Positions 16,633 through 24,579 of a DNA stretch of 64,000 nucleotides are shown in pieces. The translations under genes were made by a program, and so were the position numbers. The notes under the pieces were generated by a model. It saw only the letters and a program-made list of their open reading frames with translations, did no database searches and had not been told where the DNA came from. This DNA comes from Candidatus Shapirobacteria bacterium (GTDB taxonomy: Bacteria > Patescibacteriota > Microgenomatia > UBA12405): assembly GCA_041674845.1 (NCBI GenBank), contig JBAYUY010000001.1, positions 235,432 through 299,431 on the forward strand. The letters run 5' to 3'. The first letter of the stretch is position 1; each line of letters opens with the position of its first letter.

Positions 16633-18189
16633 ATGAAAAAATTTATTATCTATTGTCGAAAATCCACAGACGAAAAAGACAAACAGGTTTTGTCCATCGA
16701 AGCCCAGATTGCTGAACTCACCGAATATGCCAAACGCGAACGACTCGAAATAGTTGAAGTCATAAACGAAGCCAAAACAGCCAAAGTCCCCGGTCGAGAA
16801 ATATTTAATCAAGTACTAGCCAAAATCGAATCAGGTCAGGCCAACGCCATTTTATCGTGGCACCCCGACCGATTGGCTCGTAACAGTATCGACGGCGGAA
16901 AAATTATCTACTTACTTGATACTGGACACCTTGTCGACCTTAAATTTCCTTCCTTTTGGTTTGAAAATACACCCCAAGGCAAATTTATGCTCTCGATAGC
17001 TTTTGGCCAGTCAAAATATTATGTCGATAATTTATCCGAGAATGTTAAACGAGGCAATCGTCAAAAAATTAGAAATGGCGTTTGGCCAAACAAAGCACCC
17101 ATTGGCTACGATAACGACAAACTAACAAAATCAATTCATCTCAATCCAGAAAAAGCTAAGGCCGTCAAAAAAGCTTTCGAAATGTTTGTCGCGGGTCAAA
17201 CTTTTACACAAATATCCCTATTTATGGCTAAATGTGGCATAACCAAAGGCAATGGTAAACCAAAGTCAATTAACCAAATCAGGCGAATGTTGTGTAAAAA
17301 GTTTTATATTGGCATTCTTGATTATGGTGGTGAGAAATCAAAAGGTATTCACAAATGTTTTATCAATCGTAAGCTTTTTGACAAGGCTCAAGAACGACTA
17401 GAGTATTTAAATCACCCTCGACCACACGGTCATTATTTTGCTTTTTCTGGATTGATGAAATGTGGGGAGTGTGGCGCTTCAATTACCGCCGAAACAAAAT
17501 CTAAACATTATCTTCGCACCAATCGCGACGCCACCTACACTTATTATCGCTGTACAAAAAAACTTAAACCCTGCGCTCAGCACTACATTAACGAATCAAA
17601 ATTAGTTGACCAAGTGGCGCAGCTTGTCAGTCTCGCCTCACTCCCCACATCGTGGGCCAAACAATGGGAACAATGGCTAGAACGAGATAGAATCGAGGAG
17701 GAGCAATCTGGGCAACAAAACCTGTTGTCTTTGGATAATGAGATTCAAACAATTGACCTTAAAATGGGCAAACTACTTGATGCATATTTGGACGACACCA
17801 TCGAAGAAAGTATTTACAAGAGTAAAAAGAATCAATTGTTTGAAGAAAAATTAAAGATGGAGGAGAAAAAAGCCAAAACTAATGATTACGGTTCGAGTTG
17901 GCTCGAACCTTTTTCTGAATTTATTATTGGCGCACAGGATGCGCCAAATCGCGCGCGCAAAAAAGAAAATTTGAGTCGACTCTCGTCGACTCTAAAAAAT
18001 ATCGGCTCGAACTTATTTTTGAAGGACGGAGAGCTGGTAATCGATTTAAAAAAGCCGTTTGCGACGCTTCGCGCGGCCGCACTCGCGCGGCGTCGCCTGC
18101 CTCGCCATGATGCGAATTCCCTGAGTGTGACTCCAGGGGGAATCGAACCCCCGATTGCTTGGATGAAAACCAAGAGTCCTAACCACTAG
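16633..18189 (+). CDS. large serine recombinase (integrase)
   Basis: 518 aa. It has an N-terminal resolvase catalytic domain (YCRKSTDEKDKQVLSIEAQ ... ARNSIDGGKIIYLLD), a recombinase domain, a zinc-ribbon (CGECGASITA...YTYYRCTKK) and a coiled-coil. The 3' end runs through IR-B and 62 nt into tRNA-Glu on the opposite strand. Confidence 0.9.
   Translation: MKKFIIYCRKSTDEKDKQVLSIEAQIAELTEYAKRERLEIVEVINEAKTAKVPGREIFNQVLAKIESGQANAILSWHPDRLARNSIDGGKIIYLLDTGHLVDLKFPSFWFENTPQGKFMLSIAFGQSKYYVDNLSENVKRGNRQKIRNGVWPNKAPIGYDNDKLTKSIHLNPEKAKAVKKAFEMFVAGQTFTQISLFMAKCGITKGNGKPKSINQIRRMLCKKFYIGILDYGGEKSKGIHKCFINRKLFDKAQERLEYLNHPRPHGHYFAFSGLMKCGECGASITAETKSKHYLRTNRDATYTYYRCTKKLKPCAQHYINESKLVDQVAQLVSLASLPTSWAKQWEQWLERDRIEEEQSGQQNLLSLDNEIQTIDLKMGKLLDAYLDDTIEESIYKSKKNQLFEEKLKMEEKKAKTNDYGSSWLEPFSEFIIGAQDAPNRARKKENLSRLSSTLKNIGSNLFLKDGELVIDLKKPFATLRAAALARRRLPRHDANSLSVTPGGIEPPIAWMKTKSPNH
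18016..18130. repeat. inverted repeat IR-B, right copy (arm Y plus core) inside the recombinase 3' coding end
   Basis: Reverse complement of 16504-16605 with a 15-nt (5-codon) insertion. Confidence 0.9.
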
Positions 18190-18200
18190 ACGATGGAGCC
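18128..18200 (-). tRNA. tRNA-Glu (anticodon UUC)
   Basis: The cloverleaf is readable by eye: acceptor GGCTCCA/TGGAGTC, anticodon stem CTTGG/CCAAG with loop TTTTCAT, and T-loop GTTCGAT. CCA is not encoded. Confidence 0.9.
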
Positions 18201-18225
18201 TAAAAATAAACCTAATTGTTAAATT

Positions 18226-18273
18226 GTATCGAACCCCGATTGTCCGCCTAGGCGGAAGTCCTAACTAATGGGT
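18226..18273 (-). pseudogene. tRNA-Glu-like remnant (T-arm and D-arm pieces, no acceptor stem)
   Basis: ATCGAACCCCGATTG (18228-18242) and AGTCCTAAC (18257-18265) match the adjacent tRNA-Glu. The anticodon arm is replaced by a TCCGCC-TA-GGCGGA hairpin. The remnant overlaps the last 8 codons and stop of lgt. Confidence 0.5.
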
Positions 18274-18880
18274 TCACTTTGTGGACAGGGTATTTTATCA
18301 AATAAATGCCCAGTAATACAAATATAAATGATATTAAGTTGGCTATTTTGAAATTGGAGATAATCCAAGTATCGTTTCGAAAATATTCAGTGATAATACG
18401 AATGATGCCGTAACCAATTAGATATATTGCTGTGGGATTTACTTTTAATTTTTTAATAATTAAAAATAATACAAAACAAAGTAGTGATTCGAGCCACCAA
18501 ATGGGTATTTCACCATTAACATAATTGCCAAATCGACCTATTGCTTGAGCTAAAGGTAAAATAGGTGTTATTGAATCGGTAATTGACAAAACCTTTATTT
18601 TGTTTAATTTGGAAAAAATAAAAATAAATAAAAATCCGGCAATAAGGCCACCGTAAATACCCAATCCCCCGTTAGGTATATTGATAATTTGTTCTAAATT
18701 TTGGGAATAATAGTGCCAGGTGTCGATGACGTGATAGGCTCTGGCACCTAATAACATAAAAATTAATAACCCAAAAATAAAAAAATTAAATTTTGACTTG
18801 GAAATTGTTTGGTTATTTTTTTCAAAATAATTGAGGCTGATGGCAACTGCGATACCGATGATGAGACCGTATAAATGCAT
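18248..18880 (-). CDS. lgt: prolipoprotein diacylglyceryl transferase
   Basis: 210 aa, polytopic, with Lgt motifs GGLGIYGGLIAG and GRFGNYVNGE. The ATG directly abuts the CCA end of tRNA-Lys. Confidence 0.75.
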   Translation of the reverse strand: MHLYGLIIGIAVAISLNYFEKNNQTISKSKFNFFIFGLLIFMLLGARAYHVIDTWHYYSQNLEQIINIPNGGLGIYGGLIAGFLFIFIFSKLNKIKVLSITDSITPILPLAQAIGRFGNYVNGEIPIWWLESLLCFVLFLIIKKLKVNPTAIYLIGYGIIRIITEYFRNDTWIISNFKIANLISFIFVLLGIYLIKYPVHKVNPLVRTSA

Positions 18881-18955
18881 TGGTGGGTCCAGCGGGACTT
18901 GAACCCGCGACCAATTGCTTAAAAGGCAACTGCTCTACCACTGAGCTATAGACCC
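18881..18955 (-). tRNA. tRNA-Lys (anticodon UUU), CCA encoded
   Basis: Acceptor GGGTCTA/TGGACCC, anticodon loop CTTTTAA, T-loop TTCAAGT, 3' CCA. Confidence 0.9.
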
Positions 18956-18962
18956 ATGAGTG

Positions 18963-19274
18963 TTAAAGAGATCGGGCTCTTTCTTCTCGGAGGAAGTAAA
19001 GTTTTGATCTTCTGACTTTGCGTTTTGGATCACGGATTTTTTTGATTGAATCAACCCATGGTGAGTTAACTGGAAAGATACGTTCAACAGTAACTCCGTC
19101 AGTGGCTTTTTTGGAAACTAAAAAGGTCAAGTTATCACCACGTCCAGTGATAGCCATAATAATGCCATCGAAAGCCTGTAATCTTTCTTTATCTTTTTCT
19201 TTAATTTTGTATTGAACCTTGACTGTTTCGCCGATGTTAAAGGTAATATCTTTGTGTATAAATTTTAAGGACAT
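18963..19274 (-). CDS. rplS: 50S ribosomal protein L19
   Basis: 103 aa with FNIGETVKVQYKIKE..ERLQAFDGIIMA...VERIFPVNSP, typical of L19. Confidence 0.85.
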   Translation of the reverse strand: MSLKFIHKDITFNIGETVKVQYKIKEKDKERLQAFDGIIMAITGRGDNLTFLVSKKATDGVTVERIFPVNSPWVDSIKKIRDPKRKVRRSKLYFLREERARSL

Positions 19275-19312
19275 GTAGGTATTTTATATTATTAAAGCAA
19301 AGTTAGCAACAT

Positions 19313-19341
19313 TTGACTTTATTGGTAACAAGTATTACAAT
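19313..19341 (+). promoter_or_regulatory. near-consensus sigma70 promoter
   Basis: TTGACT (19313-19318), 17-nt spacer, TACAAT (19336-19341). Confidence 0.55.
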
Positions 19342-19415
19342 GGAGTGTAACCGTATGATAAATATTTGTTATTTACAGGTTACCTCCAACATCCGCCAGT
19401 GGGCGGTTTTTTTTT
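19342..19415 (+). ncRNA. candidate small RNA or terminator-type leader (attenuator/riboswitch-like) of the downstream 60-aa ORF
   Basis: GGAGTGTAACC (19342-19352) can pair with GGTTACCTCC (19378-19387). An intrinsic terminator follows. No match to a known riboswitch class was recognised by eye. Confidence 0.4.
19393..19415 (+). terminator. rho-independent terminator
   Basis: CCGCC-AGTG-GGCGG followed by nine T. Confidence 0.7.
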
Positions 19416-19456
19416 GCCCAAAATTTATAATTTTAATAAAGGAGGTGAATATATAA

Positions 19457-19639
19457 ATGGCAGTTGTAAAAGGTAAAAAAGAAGAAGATACACAAAAACC
19501 TGTAGTTGTAGTTGAAGTAGGACAAAAAATTACTGATGTTCTGGGGGATGATATTGAAATTAAGTTGGGAGAGAGTTTGGGTACACGACCAAATTTGTTT
19601 GACAGATTTAGAGGTTTGATAGACATTGTAACCAGATAA
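19457..19639 (+). CDS. small acidic hypothetical protein
   Basis: 60-aa ORF preceded by a strong Shine-Dalgarno, AAAGGAGGTGA (19438-19448). Confidence 0.55.
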   Translation: MAVVKGKKEEDTQKPVVVVEVGQKITDVLGDDIEIKLGESLGTRPNLFDRFRGLIDIVTR

Positions 19640-19663
19640 AAAATAATGCTGAGCGCGCCAGTA

Positions 19664-22600
19664 TTAGTTCTTTGTAAATATTGAGTCTATTTGTTTTTGT
19701 AGGTCTTCGTTGTATTTTACGCCGTAGGGTAGGCTAATTTCTTTGCCCGTGGGCAGTATGATTACCCCTCTATGGCCATTGGGATTGTTTTTTAAGAGCC
19801 GATTTAAATCCATCAGTTGGCTTTGACTGGTGTCTTTGGGAACTTTAATTATAAAATCATATCGATGGGTATTTTCGGGTAATGTCGAGGCAATTAGGTC
19901 AATGAGAATTGACTTTTCTTCATTTCGAGAACTAATTTTCCCCTCAACGTATACGGCTTGATTTTCGACCAAAAGACTTTCGAATTGAATAAATGCTTTG
20001 GGAAAAACCACAGTTTCGATGCTGCCAGTGTCATCGGTTAGAGTAACAAAAGCCATTTTTGAACTATCCTTTTTGGTAAGTATAGTTTTGTATTTGGTGA
20101 TAATACCGGTAAATTTACAAACAGTATTGTCCGGTTTTTCGCTGAGTTCTTTTATTTTTAAAAGTGAAGCTCCTACAAAATGCTCTAGCATTTTGGAAAT
20201 TGGATTTTCGGTGACATACACGCCCAACAATTGTTTTTCGAGACTTAATTTTTCTTTTTCTTCCATCTCGGGGACATCAGGAAAAACATCTTTGGGAACA
20301 AAATGTTCATCTTTGTCGTCCTGACCATCAAATAGTCCAAATTGACCATCAAGTCTTTTGCTTGAAAGTTTTTCGATGTTGCTTCGAATAATGTCCAATC
20401 CTGCGAGAATTGCATTTCTGTGTGCAAATTTGTCAAATGCCCCTACTTTAATGAGACTTTCTAAAACACGTTTGTTTACTTTTGAGCCTGAAACGCGAAG
20501 ACAAAAATCAGTAAAACTTTTGTATAAACCATTTTCATCACGTTCTTTGATTATCATGTCGATGGCAATATCGCCTACATTTTTGATAGCTGAAAGTCCA
20601 ATGCGGATACTCATTTTGTCGAGTGATTTTTCGTTATTTTCAATTTCAAAACCTTTTTTTGAGGTATTAATATCGGGAGGTGAAACAACAATTCCTAAAT
20701 GCCGACATTCGTTGATTCCGTCAGTAATTTTTTCAGCATCACCTGATTCAGCGGTTAAAAGAGCGCACATGTATTCGACGGGATAATTGGCCTTCATGTA
20801 TCCGGTACGATACGACAACATCCCATATGATGCTGCATGAGCTTTGTTAAAACCATAACCTTGAAAAGGAACAAATAAATCCCAAATTTTTTCGGCACCT
20901 TCTTTGGTCATCCCCGAATGCTCGATACAACCATTAACAAATATTTCGTGTTGTAAGGCCATTTCTTCGGGTATTTTTTTACCTATGGCTTTGCGCAATT
21001 TGTCGACAACTACCCAGTTGTACCCTGCTATTTCAATGGCAGTAAATAAAATATCATCTTGGTAAACTAACACCCCAAATGTTTTGCCCAAAAAGTTTTC
21101 CATGTTTGGGTGCAAATACTCAGGTTTTTTGCGACCAAATTTTCGATCGATATATGCCGAAATATTATCCATTGGTCCAGGACGATAAAGAGCTACCATA
21201 ACCATCAAATCTTCGACTCGACTTGGTTTTAATTCTTTAAGCCATTTAGTCATGCCTTCGCCGCCAAGTTGGAAAATACCCATAGTGTCACCTCGAGAAA
21301 TCATTTCAAAAGTTTTTTTGTCATCGAGAGGCAATTTGCGTAAATTTATTTCGATACCTCGAGTATTGCGAACGTTAATAATTGATTGACGTAAAAATGA
21401 TAAATTACGAATTCCGAGAATATCAAATTTAATAAGACCAACGTCTTCTGCAGCATGCATTTCGTATTGGGTAATGATCTTGTCCCCTCCTGATTCAATT
21501 TGTGTTGGAGAATAGTCGTTGACAGTGGTGGGAGAAATTACCACAGCGCAGGCATGAACTGAAATGTGTCGAGCACAACCTTCGATTTGTTTTGCCACGC
21601 TAATTATTTTTTTGGTATCAGGGTCAGTATCGTATAAATGTTTTAAGTCGGGGGTAATTTCGATAGCTTTGTCAATCGACATGGGAAAACCCTGTTTCCC
21701 TAAAGGGATCATTTTGGATATTCGATCACCAATGGCATATTCATATCCGAGCGCTCGAGCAGTGTCACGAATTGCACCTCGAGCCATCATTCGACCAAAA
21801 GTACAAATTTGAGCCATGGCTTCTTTGCCGTATTCTTCGGAAATGTGGTATAGCATGGCTTGACGCTGAGTGTCGGCTACATCTAAGTCAATATCGGGTG
21901 GTGACGGTCGATCTTTATTTAAAAATCTTTCAAATGGCAGTTGATAATCTAAAGGGTCGACTGACGTAATACCTAAAACAAATGATACGAGCGATCCTCC
22001 TGCTGATCCTCTAGTGTTGGTAGGAGTGTCATTGTCTTCGCACCATTGGATAAAGTCACGCATGATTAGAAAGTATCCGGCATATCCTTTGGGACAAATT
22101 ACATCAAGTTCAAAATCGAGACGTTCTTTGACCTCTGGGGTTATTTCACCATAATGTTCTTTTGCCTGTTCATAGGTTATTTCTGTAAGCCTGGCTTCGG
22201 GTGTGACACCTTGAGGTAATTTAAATTGAGGAAAATCCCACTTACCTATTTCAATTTGAACATTGCATTTTTCAAAAATTTTGACTGTATTCTCGATGGC
22301 TTCGGGAAGGTCGATAAATAATTCAGTCATTTCTTGGGCTGTTTTAAGATAATATTCTGGAGTATTTGCCATTGACATTCGATTTTGCGAATTGGAGTTA
22401 GTTTGGGTGTTGATCATAACTAAGACATCTTGGGCAAAAGCATCTTCTTTTTTTAGGTAATGTGAATCATTGGTGGCAACGAGTGGGATACCTAGCTCTC
22501 TGGCCAATTTAATTAATTTAGGATTGGCTTCGTTTTGTTCTTTTAAATTATGTCGTTGAATTTCGAGATAATAATCGTCACCAAAAGTATTTTGAAAACG

Positions 22601-23077
22601 TGAAGCAATTTCTTTGGCTTTGGAATAATCGTTATTGACTAAGTTACTATATATTTCACCGCCCAAACAGCCGGAAAGACATATTAAACCCTCATGATAT
22701 TTTTCTATGGTTTCCCAATCAAGACGTGGTTTGTAATAAAATCCTTCAATATGTCCGATGGAAACTAGTTTCATTAAATTTTTGTAACCTTGGTAGTCTT
22801 TGGCTAGTAAAATTAAATGATTTGCTTTTTTATTGTTAGGAGTTTTGTCAAAACGTGAACCAGTGGTGGTGTATATTTCACAGCCAATAATTGGTTTAAG
22901 CTCGTTTTTTTGAAAAGTTTTGTAAAATTCAATTGCGCCGTACATATTTCCGTGATCAGTAATGGCGCATCCGGGCATTTCAAATTCTTTGAGCGTATTG
23001 GCTAATTTTTTTATTTTGGTTAGTCCATCGAGTAGGGAGTATTCGGTATGAAGATGAAGATGAACAAAAGCTGACAT
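19664..23077 (-). CDS. dnaE: DNA polymerase III alpha subunit
   Basis: 1137 aa with a PHP domain (FVHLHLHTEYSLLDG), a polymerase core (GLIKFDILG, YQDDI) and a C-terminal OB-fold. Confidence 0.95.
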   Translation of the reverse strand: MSAFVHLHLHTEYSLLDGLTKIKKLANTLKEFEMPGCAITDHGNMYGAIEFYKTFQKNELKPIIGCEIYTTTGSRFDKTPNNKKANHLILLAKDYQGYKNLMKLVSIGHIEGFYYKPRLDWETIEKYHEGLICLSGCLGGEIYSNLVNNDYSKAKEIASRFQNTFGDDYYLEIQRHNLKEQNEANPKLIKLARELGIPLVATNDSHYLKKEDAFAQDVLVMINTQTNSNSQNRMSMANTPEYYLKTAQEMTELFIDLPEAIENTVKIFEKCNVQIEIGKWDFPQFKLPQGVTPEARLTEITYEQAKEHYGEITPEVKERLDFELDVICPKGYAGYFLIMRDFIQWCEDNDTPTNTRGSAGGSLVSFVLGITSVDPLDYQLPFERFLNKDRPSPPDIDLDVADTQRQAMLYHISEEYGKEAMAQICTFGRMMARGAIRDTARALGYEYAIGDRISKMIPLGKQGFPMSIDKAIEITPDLKHLYDTDPDTKKIISVAKQIEGCARHISVHACAVVISPTTVNDYSPTQIESGGDKIITQYEMHAAEDVGLIKFDILGIRNLSFLRQSIINVRNTRGIEINLRKLPLDDKKTFEMISRGDTMGIFQLGGEGMTKWLKELKPSRVEDLMVMVALYRPGPMDNISAYIDRKFGRKKPEYLHPNMENFLGKTFGVLVYQDDILFTAIEIAGYNWVVVDKLRKAIGKKIPEEMALQHEIFVNGCIEHSGMTKEGAEKIWDLFVPFQGYGFNKAHAASYGMLSYRTGYMKANYPVEYMCALLTAESGDAEKITDGINECRHLGIVVSPPDINTSKKGFEIENNEKSLDKMSIRIGLSAIKNVGDIAIDMIIKERDENGLYKSFTDFCLRVSGSKVNKRVLESLIKVGAFDKFAHRNAILAGLDIIRSNIEKLSSKRLDGQFGLFDGQDDKDEHFVPKDVFPDVPEMEEKEKLSLEKQLLGVYVTENPISKMLEHFVGASLLKIKELSEKPDNTVCKFTGIITKYKTILTKKDSSKMAFVTLTDDTGSIETVVFPKAFIQFESLLVENQAVYVEGKISSRNEEKSILIDLIASTLPENTHRYDFIIKVPKDTSQSQLMDLNRLLKNNPNGHRGVIILPTGKEISLPYGVKYNEDLQKQIDSIFTKN

Positions 23078-23122
23078 TGTTATAGTTTACCGTTAACAGC
23101 TATGAGATACGAGTAGAATAAA

Positions 23123-23995
23123 CTATAACATTGCTTCAAGTGTTTTGATGCGGTCTTCAATTGGGGGGTGGGTGGAGAACATGGAGGCGAGCTTATTGCC
23201 TTTGAATGGGTTGGAAATATATAGTGAAGCAGTGGCAGTAGAGGCAAAGTCAGATGGAGAATTGTCTTGTGATAATTTTTTTAATGCTGAAATTAAACCT
23301 GAAGGTTGATGGGTAATAGCCACAGCCGAGGCATCGGCAAAATACTCGCGTCGACGAGAAATGGCTAATTGGATTAATTGGGCAATTATTGGAGCAAAAA
23401 TAATAAGTAATAATCCGATAATCATAAATATTCCATTACTTTTATTATCGTCATTATTGGAACTTCGGCTGTGATAAGACATGTTAATTAAAATAGATAG
23501 TGTTCCAATTAAAATCGATACTATTGTCATGAGTCGGATATCGTAATTTTTTATATGTGACAACTCGTGTCCAACTACTCCCTCCAATTCACTTCTATTT
23601 AATTTTGAGAGTAGTCCTGTAGTGGCACAAATAATGGCATGGTCAGGATCGCGACCAGTAGCAAATGCGTTCATAGCATCTGCTTCGATTACATAAATTT
23701 TGGGAACTGGGATTTTGGCGGCCATGGATAAATTTTCAGTGACAGTATAAAAATCAAAGAACTCTTTGCGGGCAGCAGGTCTAGCATTGTTTAACCCCAA
23801 GACAATTTTGTCTCCGGCAAAATAGCTAATAAGCGATGAGCCAGTAGAAAATATTATGGCAATTGGGACTAATTCGGGATTATTAGTAGCTTGGGCTATA
23901 AAATATACTGTCGCAATTATAAAGCCTATAAATAGGGCAATTATGCCAAAAGATTGGCGCTTATTGCTGTTGATTTGTTCGTAGTAATTAAGCAT
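23123..23995 (-). CDS. htpX: M48 zinc metalloprotease HtpX
   Basis: HELSHIKNYD zinc motif and TM helices. The ORF track start (24115) overlaps lemA by 118 nt. The ATG at 23995 (MLNYYEQ) lies 2 nt after the lemA stop and is preferred. Confidence 0.8.
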   Translation of the reverse strand: MLNYYEQINSNKRQSFGIIALFIGFIIATVYFIAQATNNPELVPIAIIFSTGSSLISYFAGDKIVLGLNNARPAARKEFFDFYTVTENLSMAAKIPVPKIYVIEADAMNAFATGRDPDHAIICATTGLLSKLNRSELEGVVGHELSHIKNYDIRLMTIVSILIGTLSILINMSYHSRSSNNDDNKSNGIFMIIGLLLIIFAPIIAQLIQLAISRRREYFADASAVAITHQPSGLISALKKLSQDNSPSDFASTATASLYISNPFKGNKLASMFSTHPPIEDRIKTLEAML

Positions 23996-23997
23996 TC

Positions 23998-24579
23998 TTA
24001 ATTTAGTTTTACTGTTGGATTGATGGTGTCGGCGGCCGAGACTTCGAGATGGGCGCCTGTGACTGGAGTGTCCAATCCTTTTTGTGGAGTAAATCCGAAC
24101 ATTGGAGCGAGCCACATACCAGGAATAGTTGATATTTTAATGTTGTAATCAGCCGACAGATCGATTAGAGTTCGTCTGGCATACATTATTTTGTCTGATG
24201 TATCGCGCAACTCATCCATTAAATCTGCAACCAAGGTGTTGGATTTAATTTCCGGGTTTGATTCCATTATGACATTGATTGAGCCCATAACTTTGGAAAT
24301 CAAATCTTGAGCTTTGTCTATATCTTTGGGGTTATTACTTTTAACTGCGGTATCGATTTGACGACGGGCAGAAGTTAAATCTTCAAAAATCCCCTTTTCT
24401 TGTTTCATAAATCCTTTGACTGATTCGACAAGGTTGGGAATTAAATCGGCTTGACGTTTTAGTTGATTTCCTATTTCTTGAATCGAGGCACCAATTTGAA
24501 CAAGGGCGGTTTTAAGGCCGTTATAAAAACTAACTAAATAAATTGCAATAATTGCGAGTATTCCGAGTCCAATATACAT
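23998..24579 (-). CDS. lemA: LemA family protein
   Basis: 193 aa with an N-terminal TM helix and LemA-like sequence (YNGLKTALVQIGASIQEIGNQLKRQADLIPNLVE). The pairing with htpX is classic. Confidence 0.8.
   Translation of the reverse strand: MYIGLGILAIIAIYLVSFYNGLKTALVQIGASIQEIGNQLKRQADLIPNLVESVKGFMKQEKGIFEDLTSARRQIDTAVKSNNPKDIDKAQDLISKVMGSINVIMESNPEIKSNTLVADLMDELRDTSDKIMYARRTLIDLSADYNIKISTIPGMWLAPMFGFTPQKGLDTPVTGAHLEVSAADTINPTVKLN

Larger units (their letters stand above)
12566..18130. mobile_element. integrative element at tRNA-Glu 3' end (large serine recombinase plus cofactor-salvage cargo) with an internal inverted attP-like site
   Basis: A 6-bp core occurs three times: GTGTGA at 12566-12571 and 18125-18130, and TCACAC at 16504-16509. 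Long repeat arms are shared between the sites. The recombinase gene abuts the tRNA, and the tRNA 3' end is regenerated by the core. Confidence 0.7.
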
